A stretch of 64,000 bases of DNA, taken from NCBI GenBank assembly GCA_050015155.1, contig JBEKBY010000011.1, positions 633 through 64,632 on the forward strand, in the 5' to 3' direction. Below the pieces are notes generated by a model that had not been told where the DNA came from, searched no databases, and saw only the letters and a list, made by a program, of their open reading frames with translations. Shown piece after piece: positions 54,558 through 63,392 of this stretch. Position 1 is the first letter of the stretch, and every line of letters starts with the position of its first letter. Made by a program: the position numbers and the translations under genes. Source of the DNA: Candidatus Acidiferrales bacterium. GTDB taxonomy: Bacteria > Acidobacteriota > Terriglobia > Acidiferrales > UBA7541.

Positions 54558-55907
54558 ATGGCTGTGGACGTCATCATGCCCCAGATGGGCGAAAGCATTT
54601 TTGAAGGCACGATCACGAAATGGCTGAAAAAGCCGGGCGACAAAATCGAGCGCGACGAGCCGCTCTTCGAGATCTCAACCGATAAAGTGGACGCGGAGAT
54701 TCCTTCGCCCTCTGCCGGCGTACTGAAAGAGATCAAGGTCAACGAGGGCCAGACGGTGCCGATCCAAACGGTCGTGGCCGTCATTGATGCCGCCGGTGCG
54801 GCCGCCGCGGCACCGGCACCGCCAAAGGCAGCGGCACCGGAGCCCGCTCCCGCACCGGCCCCAGCCAAAGCAGAGGCGCCCAAGCCCGCGGCCACCCCGC
54901 CTCCAGCTCCGGCACCGAAAGCCATTCCGAGCCCGGCGGCCGCCGCTGCGCCGGCGCCCCCGCAGAGACCGGCAGCGAACGGTGACAAAATTCGCAGCTC
55001 CCCGCTCGTCCGCCGGATCGCTCGCGAGCACAGCATCGACCTGGCGCAAGTCCCCGGCACTGGAGCGGGAGGCCGCATCAGCAAACGGGACATCCTCGCC
55101 GCCGTTGAAAGCGGCACGGCGCCGGCAGCCGCTCCGCGCGCAACCGTTCGCCCACCGAGTGCGGCGCCGTCCGCAGCGCTTGAGGCAGGCGTGCTGCGCG
55201 AGAAGATGTATTTCGGCCACTACGAAGTCCAGCCGATGTCCTCGATGCGCCAGAAAATCGCCGAACACATGGTTCTCTCAAAGCGCGTCTCGCCGCACGT
55301 CTATTCGATCGAAGAGGCGAACGTCAGCGGCATCGTCGATTTGCGCGCGAAGATGAAGGAACAGTTCGAGAAAGAAGGGGGCACGAAGCTCAGCTACATG
55401 CCGTTCTTCATCCGCGCCGCGGTGGAGGCGCTGCGCGCGTTCCCGACCGTGAACGCATCGATCGACGGAACGAACATCATTCTGCACAAGGAGTGCAACA
55501 TCGGCGTCGCGGTGGCGCTCGACTGGGGCCTGATCGTCCCGGTGATCAAGAATGCAGAGGAAAAAAACTTCCTCGGGCTCGCGCGCACCGTGAACGACCT
55601 GGCCGAGCGCGCCCGGTCCAAGAAACTCAAGCCCGACGAAGTAAGCGAAAGCACGTTCTCGATCACCAATCCTGGCATTTTCGGCGGGCTGATGGGTCTG
55701 CCCGTGATCAACCAGCCCAACGTCGCGATTCTCGGCCTCGGCACGATTGAGAAGCGCCCCGTGGTAATCGACGACGCCATCGGCATCCGCTCCATGGTCT
55801 ACCTCACGCTTTCCTACGATCATCGCGTCGTCGATGGGGCCGTCGCCCACCAGTTCATGGGCCACATCAAAAAGACGCTCGAGAACTGGACGGAGAGCAT
55901 TCTCTAG
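54558..55907 (+). CDS. dihydrolipoamide acyltransferase (E2) with lipoyl, PSBD and catalytic domains
   Basis: Lipoyl-lysine motif EISTDKVDAEIPS. Ala/Pro linkers. SPLVRRIAREHSIDL (PSBD). Catalytic DHRVVDG. Confidence 0.95.
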   Translation: MAVDVIMPQMGESIFEGTITKWLKKPGDKIERDEPLFEISTDKVDAEIPSPSAGVLKEIKVNEGQTVPIQTVVAVIDAAGAAAAAPAPPKAAAPEPAPAPAPAKAEAPKPAATPPPAPAPKAIPSPAAAAAPAPPQRPAANGDKIRSSPLVRRIAREHSIDLAQVPGTGAGGRISKRDILAAVESGTAPAAAPRATVRPPSAAPSAALEAGVLREKMYFGHYEVQPMSSMRQKIAEHMVLSKRVSPHVYSIEEANVSGIVDLRAKMKEQFEKEGGTKLSYMPFFIRAAVEALRAFPTVNASIDGTNIILHKECNIGVAVALDWGLIVPVIKNAEEKNFLGLARTVNDLAERARSKKLKPDEVSESTFSITNPGIFGGLMGLPVINQPNVAILGLGTIEKRPVVIDDAIGIRSMVYLTLSYDHRVVDGAVAHQFMGHIKKTLENWTESIL

Positions 55908-55950
55908 AGCAGTCCACAACACGACCGAGGACCCAGCCGCTCGACCGATC

Positions 55951-57111
55951 ATGTCCTCATCGCACGAACACAAAAGCTGGGGCACGCCGCCCTGGCACAT
56001 CGATTTCACTCCGGCCGAGCGGCCGCTTCCCCGGGCTGCCGACTTCGCCGTCATCGGCGCCGGATTTACGGGTTTGGCCGCGGCCGCATGGCTTCGCCTA
56101 CTCGCTCCTGAAAAATCTGTCGTCGCGCTCGATAGCGGGCGCATCGGCGCAGGCGCCAGCGGGCGGACCGGCGGGATGGTGCTTGCCGAGACCGCCGCGG
56201 GCGATCTTCCCGGTCTTGGCGACGTTCTCGGCGGCCTCCAGGACATCCTCAAGAAGCTCGATGTCGATTGCGATCTTTCGCTCCCCGGCGCGTGGGAGAT
56301 CGCGCGCAGCGATCGAGCCGAGAAATCAGACAACGCGCACGCCTTGCGCGGGCGGTCGCCGATCGAATGGCAGGATTCGGGAAAGCTGCACGTTGTAGGC
56401 GTGGTTCCGGGCGGTACGCTCAATCCGGGGAAGCAGGTGAGCGGGCTCGCTCGGGCAGCCGTGCGCTGCGGCGCAATCATTGCGGAGCACTGCGCAGTAC
56501 AGCGGATTCGATGGAGCAATCCACCGCAGATTGAATTCGCGCGTGGGCATCTGGAAGCGGGAAAAATTCTTTTCGCAACGAATGCACTTTCCCTGAACCT
56601 TTCCGGCCTGCGCGGGCCCGCACAACCGAAAATTACGCTCGCCGCACGCACTGCGCCCATACAGCCGAAGCAAATTGAAGCGATCGGCCTCGCCGCGCGC
56701 AAGCCGTTCTACACCGTCGATTTCCCGTACTTGTGGGGACGGCTTTGTGCGGATAACTCGATCGTCTGGGGGGCGGGACTCGTGGATGCGCCAGAGTCAG
56801 GCGATCTCGAGGAAGTCGATGTCGGCAGCGGCCACGCCGCCCGGATGTTTGCGTCCTTCGAAAAGCGTGTTCACGGTCTGCATCCAGCGCTCGCCGGTGC
56901 CAGATTCACGCATCGTTGGGGCGGCCCGATCGCTTTCCGTAAGGATTTTCAACCGGTCTTTTCCCGACACCCGAGGAGCCGCAACGCCACCGTTCTGGGG
57001 ATCTTTGCGGGCCACGGAGTGGCATTGTCGGTCTACCTGGGCGTATGGGCCGCGGAAGCGATGCTCGGTCGCCGGAATCTGCCGGAATGGGGCAGGGTCG
57101 GTTCGAAGTGA
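55951..57111 (+). CDS. FAD-dependent oxidoreductase (DAO family)
   Basis: Dinucleotide fold FAVIGAGFTGLAAAAWL. Start set at MSSSHEH (ATG 55951) to avoid overlap with E2. Confidence 0.8.
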   Translation: MSSSHEHKSWGTPPWHIDFTPAERPLPRAADFAVIGAGFTGLAAAAWLRLLAPEKSVVALDSGRIGAGASGRTGGMVLAETAAGDLPGLGDVLGGLQDILKKLDVDCDLSLPGAWEIARSDRAEKSDNAHALRGRSPIEWQDSGKLHVVGVVPGGTLNPGKQVSGLARAAVRCGAIIAEHCAVQRIRWSNPPQIEFARGHLEAGKILFATNALSLNLSGLRGPAQPKITLAARTAPIQPKQIEAIGLAARKPFYTVDFPYLWGRLCADNSIVWGAGLVDAPESGDLEEVDVGSGHAARMFASFEKRVHGLHPALAGARFTHRWGGPIAFRKDFQPVFSRHPRSRNATVLGIFAGHGVALSVYLGVWAAEAMLGRRNLPEWGRVGSK

Positions 57112-57214
57112 GATTTCGTCCGCAAAGGCTCCGGGATGCCTTGGAGATGCGCGCCGGGCGGCCACAGTGTACAATTCCATCTGAGTTGGGAACCAAAAAG
57201 GAATCCTGAAATTT

Positions 57215-57640
57215 ATGGCGAAAAAGAAAGCAACTCGCAAGAAAAGAGCAGCCGGCAAGAAGAAAGCCACGCTTCGAAGTAAACCCGCGCGCGGAAAAAA
57301 GGCGCGCCGCGCGAAGAAGCCAGTGTGGAGGAGCAGGACGACCAGGCGCGAGATATCATCCGGAAGCGAAAGATCGTCTCTTGGCTCCGGCACCTTTGAG
57401 ATCGAAGCGCGTCCCGTGCGGAGGGGCCTCGGCCAGAACGCCGCCGGACAATCGGGCGATTTGCAGGGATTGTCGCGGACGGAAGATGTCGATTCGGAAA
57501 GCGTCGAGGAACTGATCGAAGAAGGACAGTCGTTCGAGGCTGACGTGGTCAGCGGCGTGGAAAACGCACCCGATGCGGACCAGGGCGAAGTCCGCACTCA
57601 CGGACGGCCGGAAGACGAGCTTCCCCCCGAAGATCGGTAG
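57215..57640 (+). CDS. bipolar low-complexity protein: Lys/Arg-rich N-terminus, acidic C-half
   Basis: MAKKKATRKKRAAGKKKATLRSKPARGKKARRAKK.. followed by ..DVDSESVEELIEEGQSFEADVVSGVENAPDADQGE..EDELPPEDR. Confidence 0.55.
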   Translation: MAKKKATRKKRAAGKKKATLRSKPARGKKARRAKKPVWRSRTTRREISSGSERSSLGSGTFEIEARPVRRGLGQNAAGQSGDLQGLSRTEDVDSESVEELIEEGQSFEADVVSGVENAPDADQGEVRTHGRPEDELPPEDR

Positions 57641-57746
57641 GTTTCAACGCGACCGCGCATCTTGGGCCCGAATCCCCTATATTGAACCGCCGAGACTCTC
57701 GTGGTTTTCTTTGAGGCGGCGGAAAGACATTTCAAGAGAGAAGATT

Positions 57747-57821
57747 TGGTAGCGCTAACGGGAATCGAACCCGTATTTCGGCCTTGAAAGGGCCGCGTGC
57801 TAACCGTTGCACCATAGCGCC
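57747..57821 (-). tRNA. tRNA-Glu (UUC)
   Basis: 75-nt cloverleaf folded by hand. Acceptor GGCGCUA/UAGCGCU (G1:U72 wobble). D stem GUGC/GCAC. Anticodon stem CGGCC/GGCCG with loop CUUUCAA. T arm ACGGG-UUCGAUU-CCCGU. Encoded ACCA. Confidence 0.9.
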
Positions 57822-57850
57822 GCAGTGCAGTCTCAACCGGAAGAGATTTG

Positions 57851-57879
57851 ATTATCGGGGAAAGCCGCTGGATTGACAA
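57851..57879 (-). promoter_or_regulatory. sigma70-like promoter candidate for tRNA-Glu
   Basis: Minus strand reads TTGTCA-17 nt-GATAAT, ending about 30 nt upstream of the tRNA 5' end. Confidence 0.4.
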
Positions 57880-58207
57880 GCACGACGGGCCTCCGCAGTG
57901 AATCCACCGCTTAAGTCGTCTCCGCCTGATTTCAAAGAGGTTTTACGTTTCACTCCCTTACGAATGTTCCCGCGGAAAACATCTTGATTTTCAATTGGAC
58001 CGATTCGTATTTTGAGTTTGCGGTTTTCGGACCGAATCTGCAAACTAATGGAGAGTTTTTAGTGTAGTTGCTTCGTCTCGCTTTTCCACGTGGAGACGGG
58101 ATTTTCCACCGTTTTCGTCCGACGGTGGCGGTTTGTGGGCTCAGTTTGGGTCTCGGCGGAGATTCATTCGGTACCCCATGGCCGCAATGTTTCCGGTCGA
58201 AAAGGAG

Positions 58208-59047
58208 ATGATGATGTCGGCCCTTAATGAAGGTGTCTTTCAGCAAAGCAGTTCAGATTCCAGCCGCAAGTCTCGGCATAATCATAATACTGTTGCGTCG
58301 TTCCCCAGCTCGGCGCCCCGCGATCAGAACGTGTTTGCCAGTGCAATCCTTGAGGAAGACCCACGTGCGCGCGGGAAACGCGCGGCGCAAACCAGCCTTG
58401 CGCTCGCCGTTCAGGTAGCAATCGTGGCCGCGCTGCTGTTGGTGCCTCTCATTTTCACGGAGGGGATCGACCTCTACAAATTCAACACCACTCTCCTGGT
58501 CGCGCCGCCTCCGCCGGCCGCTCCACCACCGCCGATGCACGCGCAAACGGCCGTGCCCAAGCAGTCTTTCATTAAGGCGCAACTCACCGCGCCCACGGTC
58601 ATCCCGAAGAAAATCGCGGAAACCGTGCCGGATGCCGGCTCGATGGCGCCGGCGATCGGGGGCGTGCAAGGAGGCGTACCCGGCGGCGTGGGCGACGTCC
58701 TTGGCGGCGCGGTCACCGGTCCTCCACCGCCGCCGGTCGTTGCGGAAAGGCCCAAGGGCCCGATCCGTATTTTCAGCGGCATGAAGGAACCTCGGCTGCT
58801 CTACGAGCCCCCGGTCGTCTATTCCCCGGTTGCGAGGCAGGCACACATCTTCGGCACTGTCGTACTCGAGGCAATCATAGACGAGCACGGCAACGTTACG
58901 CAGGTGCAGGTGATCAGCGGCCCCCCACTTCTCCTTGCTTCGGCCATAAAGGCCGTGGAGGGAAGAAAATATGAACCGACGATCCTGGACGGCCAGCCGG
59001 TTGCCATTCGGCTAAGCGTAAAGGTCGATTTCCGCATGAGTTCCTGA
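58208..59047 (+). CDS. tonB: energy transducer TonB
   Basis: TM anchor LALAVQVAIVAALLLVPLIF. Pro-rich spacer APPPPAAPPPP. C-terminal TonB_C (GTVVLEAIIDEHGNVTQVQVISG..). AAGGAG SD; start at 58208-58214. Confidence 0.85.
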   Translation: MMMSALNEGVFQQSSSDSSRKSRHNHNTVASFPSSAPRDQNVFASAILEEDPRARGKRAAQTSLALAVQVAIVAALLLVPLIFTEGIDLYKFNTTLLVAPPPPAAPPPPMHAQTAVPKQSFIKAQLTAPTVIPKKIAETVPDAGSMAPAIGGVQGGVPGGVGDVLGGAVTGPPPPPVVAERPKGPIRIFSGMKEPRLLYEPPVVYSPVARQAHIFGTVVLEAIIDEHGNVTQVQVISGPPLLLASAIKAVEGRKYEPTILDGQPVAIRLSVKVDFRMSS

Positions 59048-59224
59048 ACCGGACCGTCTTCTCACTCCGTGGGGAGGATTCGGGAAGCTGTGCCCCGTTC
59101 TCCCCTCTGTCTCCATCGCACGGAATCAATTCCAATTAGGGAGCACGAACGGGCTTTCGAAGTGAATCCGCCGGTCTGAACCTGTCCGTTCGGGCAGCCT
59201 AACCGATACAGTGCACTGGCCTTG

Positions 59225-59243
59225 CTATTACAGAACTATTACA
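59225..59243 (+). promoter_or_regulatory. direct repeat CTATTACA-N3-CTATTACA (11-bp phasing) upstream of the desaturase gene
   Basis: Perfect 8-mer repeated one helical turn apart, 62-80 nt upstream of ATG 59305. The geometry is typical of OmpR/PhoB-type response-regulator sites. Confidence 0.3.
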
Positions 59244-59304
59244 AAGCGTTTCGGGGAATGCTGCTAGTCTGGGATCGTCTCAGGAAACGAGAGAACAGGG
59301 CCAC

Positions 59305-60228
59305 ATGACATTGAGCGATCTTGGAAAAGAGTCTGCGAACGACAGCGGGATTAACTGGGTTACAGCCACTTTCATGGTCTTGTTTCACGTCGGCGCAGTG
59401 GCGGCCCTGTTCTTCTTCACCTGGAAGGCATTTTTCGTTGCGCTGTTCCTGTACTGGGTGGCGGGCAGCCTGGGAATCGGAATGGGGTACCACCGGCTGC
59501 TGACTCACCGGGGGTACAAGGCTCCCAAATGGGTCGAGTATTTCCTGACGGTCTGTGCCACGCTCGCTCTCGAAGGCGGGCCGATCTTCTGGGTGGCAAC
59601 GCACCGCATTCACCACCAGCATTCCGACAAGGAAGGCGACCCGCACTCGCCGGTCGACGGCACATGGTGGGCGCACATGGGTTGGATACTCATGGGCAAA
59701 TCGATGCACCACGACACGCAGACGCTGGCGCGCTACGTTCCCGACCTGGCCAAGGATAAGTTTGACGTCTGGATCACCAAATACCACTATGTCCCGATGA
59801 TCGTACTCGGGCTTTTGCTGCTGACCATCGGAGGAGTGCCCTTCCTCATGTGGGGCATCTTCTTCCGCACCGTCTTCGGTCTCCATTCGACGTGGCTCGT
59901 CAATTCGGCCACGCACATGGTCGGTTCGCGGCGCTTTGAGACCCGCGATCTTTCGACGAACAGTTGGTGGGTCGCTCTCTTGTCGTTCGGCGAAGGCTGG
60001 CACAACAACCACCATGCGCACCCGGTTTCGGCGCGTCACGGCCTCGCGTGGTACGAGATCGACCTCAATTGGTACGGCATCTGGACTCTCAAGAAGCTGG
60101 GGCTCGCGCGCAAGGTCTACACCATCAAGCTGCCCGCTAAACCGCACGGGAACGAGATCGCTCCCGATGCGGATGTAGCGGTCGCTGCTGTTTCCGCAGA
60201 GCCGCAGAGCGATTTAGTCTCCGCCTAG
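59305..60228 (+). CDS. acyl-CoA/acyl-lipid delta-9-type fatty acid desaturase
   Basis: Three His boxes: [30 protein letters not shown] helices. Confidence 0.9.
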   Translation: MTLSDLGKESANDSGINWVTATFMVLFHVGAVAALFFFTWKAFFVALFLYWVAGSLGIGMGYHRLLTHRGYKAPKWVEYFLTVCATLALEGGPIFWVATHRIHHQHSDKEGDPHSPVDGTWWAHMGWILMGKSMHHDTQTLARYVPDLAKDKFDVWITKYHYVPMIVLGLLLLTIGGVPFLMWGIFFRTVFGLHSTWLVNSATHMVGSRRFETRDLSTNSWWVALLSFGEGWHNNHHAHPVSARHGLAWYEIDLNWYGIWTLKKLGLARKVYTIKLPAKPHGNEIAPDADVAVAAVSAEPQSDLVSA

Positions 60229-60315
60229 CTGACTCCCTTCCCGGCCAGCCTCCGAGGCGGGAACATCTCCGCAGCCATCCGCTCGCCTGCCGCTGTACAA
60301 TCTCCGTGAGCCGCC

Positions 60316-61227
60316 ATGCAAATCACAGGCCGCCGAAAGAAGATGGCTTTCTTCCTGATCCTGGGCATCTGCCTGGTTGCGGCAGCCGTGTTTCTCACCG
60401 GCAGTTGGATCATTCTCAATTGGCGCGAACGCGTCCTGCTTTTTTTCGGCGTCGTATTCTTCTTTGCGATCATTGTGGGCCTGATTCTCAATACCGTGTT
60501 CCTGGTTCGGGAAATCCGGCGAAACGAACAGCACGACAGCTTCATCAACGCCGTCACCCACGAACTGAAGACGCCGATCGCCTCGATCCGCCTCTATCTC
60601 GAAACGCTTCAGCGGCGCGAAGTGGATCAGACTCAGCGCCAGCAGTTCTACAGGCTGATGCTCGACGATACGCACCGATTGCTCGGAACCGTGGAGCAGG
60701 TGTTGAAGGCCGGCGAGGTCGGCTACAAGCACGCCGCACACCCTTCCGCTGAAATCGACTTCGCCGGCCTCGTCCGCGAGTGCATGGACCTGGCCCGCGT
60801 GCGGCATCATTTGCAGCCAGACGCATTGCACTGGCAGGAGCCGGTCGGCGTCAACGGCGCCGGGATCAAGGTGCACGGCGACCCCAACGACCTCCACACC
60901 GCCGTCTCGAACATTCTCGACAACGCCATCAAGTATTCGGGCGACAACGTGGACGTAGCGGTCTCGATCGACGCGCCGGACGAGAAACGCATCGCGCTGC
61001 ACGTTCGCGACCGCGGCATCGGAATTCCGGAAGGTGAACTTAAGCGAATCTTCAAGCGCTTTTATCGCGTGCCTCGCCGGTCTGCGACGCCGGTGAAAGG
61101 CACGGGCCTGGGCCTGTTCATCGTCCGCTCGATCGCACGCTCGCACGGGGGGCGCGTGTTCGCCGAAAGCGGGGGCGAGGCGCACGGCACGACCGTCACT
61201 CTCGAGTTGCCGAGGAGCGAGCCTTGA
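60316..61227 (+). CDS. sensor histidine kinase (HisKA/HATPase_c) with two TM helices and no extracytoplasmic or HAMP/PAS domain
   Basis: H-box FINAVTHELKTPIASI begins about 10 aa after TM2. N, G1 and G2 boxes present (NILDNAIKYS, DRGIGIP, GTGLGL). Confidence 0.9.
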   Translation: MQITGRRKKMAFFLILGICLVAAAVFLTGSWIILNWRERVLLFFGVVFFFAIIVGLILNTVFLVREIRRNEQHDSFINAVTHELKTPIASIRLYLETLQRREVDQTQRQQFYRLMLDDTHRLLGTVEQVLKAGEVGYKHAAHPSAEIDFAGLVRECMDLARVRHHLQPDALHWQEPVGVNGAGIKVHGDPNDLHTAVSNILDNAIKYSGDNVDVAVSIDAPDEKRIALHVRDRGIGIPEGELKRIFKRFYRVPRRSATPVKGTGLGLFIVRSIARSHGGRVFAESGGEAHGTTVTLELPRSEP

Positions 61228-61976
61228 GCCACATTCTGATTGTCGAGGACGAAGCTCATTTGGCCGATGGTCTGCGGTTCAATCTCGAGGCGGAAGGACA
61301 TTCCGTGCAGGTGGTGGACGACGGCGAGACGGCCATCGAACGGCTTCTCGCCAAGCGCGAAAAGTTTGACGCCGTCGTGCTGGACGTGATGCTCCCCGGG
61401 ATGGATGGCTTTGCGGTCGTCTCTGCGCTCCGCAAGGCCAGAAATTATGTGCCGGTTCTTATCTTGACGGCTCGAGGGCGTCCCGAAGACGTGCTTCAGG
61501 GGTTCGCGGCTGGCACCGATGATTACCTTGCCAAGCCTTTTGAGCTGCCTATCTTTCTGGCGCGGCTTCAAGGGCTGTTGCGGCGAAGCGGGTGGCTTGC
61601 CGGCTCCGATCGCGTCGCAAGTCGGGCGAGCCAGGCCGGCGGGGCCAATGCGGGTTCCGCCTCAACGCTCGATGAGGCGGTGTTCTCATTCAACGGGCGG
61701 ACGATCGATTTCGGCGCCCTGGAACTGCGCACCCGAGGTAACACCATCCAACTGACGCTGATGGAGGCAAAACTGCTGCGCCACCTGATCCGCAACAATG
61801 GCCGGACCGTCTCGCGCAAATCCATCCTCGAAGATGTGTGGGGCCTTCGCGAAGACACCGATACGCGCGCGATCGACAACTTCATCGTGCGGTTGCGCCG
61901 TTACCTCGAAAAGGACCCATCGAAGCCGGACCATCTCCTCACGGTCCGAGGAGTGGGATACCGGTTCGTAGCCTAG
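61224..61976 (+). CDS. OmpR/PhoB-family response regulator
   Basis: Receiver ILIVEDE..VVLDVMLPGMDG..LTAR..KPF. Winged-helix C-terminus LT..E..LL..L..N.GRTVSR..I...VWG..RAIDNFIVRLRRYLE..LLTVRGVGYRF. TTGA overlap with the kinase gene. Confidence 0.9.
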   Translation: MSHILIVEDEAHLADGLRFNLEAEGHSVQVVDDGETAIERLLAKREKFDAVVLDVMLPGMDGFAVVSALRKARNYVPVLILTARGRPEDVLQGFAAGTDDYLAKPFELPIFLARLQGLLRRSGWLAGSDRVASRASQAGGANAGSASTLDEAVFSFNGRTIDFGALELRTRGNTIQLTLMEAKLLRHLIRNNGRTVSRKSILEDVWGLREDTDTRAIDNFIVRLRRYLEKDPSKPDHLLTVRGVGYRFVA

Positions 61977-62035
61977 TGAACAATGGCAATCAATCGCAGG
62001 CCCGTACGGGCTCGCCGAATTGCGAGGATATCAGG

Positions 62036-62179
62036 TTAGAACCAATTGCTGCGATAGGCCACCCACCAACTCGCGAAAGCAATCGGAATGGTGGCTGCCA
62101 GCGCCCACCAGAGTGGCAAGGCCAAATCGGCCGCCACACCTAAGATTGTGAAACTGGCCCAGAAGACCTTCTTCTCCAT
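62036..62179 (-). CDS. possible 47-aa Trp-rich membrane peptide
   Basis: Hand-translated: MEKKVFWASFTILGVAADLALPLWWALAATIPIAFASWWVAYRSNWF*. Two hydrophobic segments. Below the 60-aa ORF-track cutoff. Confidence 0.3.
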   Translation of the reverse strand: MEKKVFWASFTILGVAADLALPLWWALAATIPIAFASWWVAYRSNWF

Positions 62180-62452
62180 GTAGGCATTGTAGAACCTTGA
62201 GTCCCTCGCGTGGGGTAAACATGGATTTGCTCGGCGAAAGAGCCATGTAGAATTTGCGATATGGCCCAGTGAACTGCGGCCGCGGCGCCAACGCCAGATA
62301 TGAACTCACATCTCATTGATGTGAAATTCACACGCTCGATGATAGAATCCCGGCCCTTGATAGCGGCTTAAAACGGGCAAGCAACGTCACTGGCTTGGCA
62401 ACAAACCGAGCGAGCGGCGCAAATCTCACAAAATAGACCGGAGGAAGGAACA

Positions 62453-62653
62453 ATGTCTGAGCAACTACCAGAACAACAAAAGACGCTGTTGGTGATTCGC
62501 TCCCCGTTGTCCGAGGACGGCTTCGTTTCCATCTACTTTTCAAGCCGGGACGGAAGGGTGATGAATGAAGAGGAGTGGTGGAACCTGAGGCAACTGATCG
62601 AGCTGACGAACAAAGTGTGCGTCAAGCAACAAGCTCGAGGCCAGGCAGCCTAG
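62453..62653 (+). CDS. small hypothetical protein (66 aa)
   Basis: GGAGGAAGG SD before the ATG. MSEQLPEQQKTLLVIRSPLSEDGFVSIYFSSRDGRVMNEEEWWNLRQLIELTNK.. Confidence 0.5.
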   Translation: MSEQLPEQQKTLLVIRSPLSEDGFVSIYFSSRDGRVMNEEEWWNLRQLIELTNKVCVKQQARGQAA

Positions 62654-62681
62654 CGAACCCATGCGGCGCTAGCCAATCACC

Positions 62682-62758
62682 CAGAAATTCATGGTAGGCC
62701 CGTGCGGGCTCGAACCGCAGACCTCCACCGTGTCAAGGTGGCGCTCTAGCCAACTGAG
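62682..62758 (-). tRNA. tRNA-Val (GAC)
   Basis: 77-nt cloverleaf. Acceptor AGGCCCG/CGGGCCU. D arm GCUC-AGUUGGCUA-GAGC. Anticodon stem CCACC/GGUGG with loop UUGACAC. T arm UGCGG-UUCGAGC-CCGCA. Encoded ACCA. Confidence 0.9.
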
Positions 62759-62875
62759 CTACGGGCCTACTGACTGAAAGTTATATTAACACACCGCGGT
62801 TTGCGTGCCATCCAGAGCGATCTGGCTCTGGAGCCGACGGCACTGCTCACTTCCCGTTTCGCCAGTGAGAAATGC

Positions 62876-62903
62876 TTGACACGTGTGTCCTGTGCTGTAT
62901 GAT
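62876..62903 (+). promoter_or_regulatory. sigma70-like promoter candidate for argR
   Basis: TTGACA-16 nt-TATGAT, about 37 nt upstream of ATG 62940. Overlapped and followed by AT-rich partial palindromes (TGTATGATTATGCA, TGCATATTCAAGCA) that could be ARG boxes. Confidence 0.4.
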
Positions 62904-62939
62904 TATGCAGCGGGATGCATATTCAAGCATCCAAAGAAC

Positions 62940-63392
62940 ATGGGCGTACAAAAGCGATTCCGCCAGGGACAGATTTTGAAGCTCCTCACGGGACAGCCGG
63001 TGGCGAGCCAGGATGAGTTGCGCCGCCAGCTCGGCCACTTGGGCGTACGCGTGACGCAAGCGACGCTGTCGCGCGATCTCCGCGAACTCCGCCTCGTAAA
63101 GACGTCCGCGGGCTACCGGCCGCTTGCGGCCGCAGCGGCCCAGGAGACGTCTCCCCGCCCGGCACTGGCTCGCGCCCTCAAGGAATTCCTGCTCGATATC
63201 CGAGCGGCGCAGAACATGCTCGTGCTGAAGACGCCTCCCAGCGGCGCGCAGCCTCTCGCCGCAGCCGTAGACGCCGAACACTGGAAAGAAGTCGCCGGCA
63301 CGCTCGCGGGCGACGACACCGTTCTCGTCATCTGCTCTTCGCGTAGCGCGTGCAACACCGTTCATAAACGCGTGGAGGAAATGCTCCGATGA
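62940..63392 (+). CDS. argR: arginine repressor ArgR
   Basis: N-terminal winged helix RQGQILKLL..VASQDEL..L...G..VTQATLSRDLREL. C-terminal oligomerisation/Arg-binding GTLAGDDTVLVI. Confidence 0.85.
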   Translation: MGVQKRFRQGQILKLLTGQPVASQDELRRQLGHLGVRVTQATLSRDLRELRLVKTSAGYRPLAAAAAQETSPRPALARALKEFLLDIRAAQNMLVLKTPPSGAQPLAAAVDAEHWKEVAGTLAGDDTVLVICSSRSACNTVHKRVEEMLR

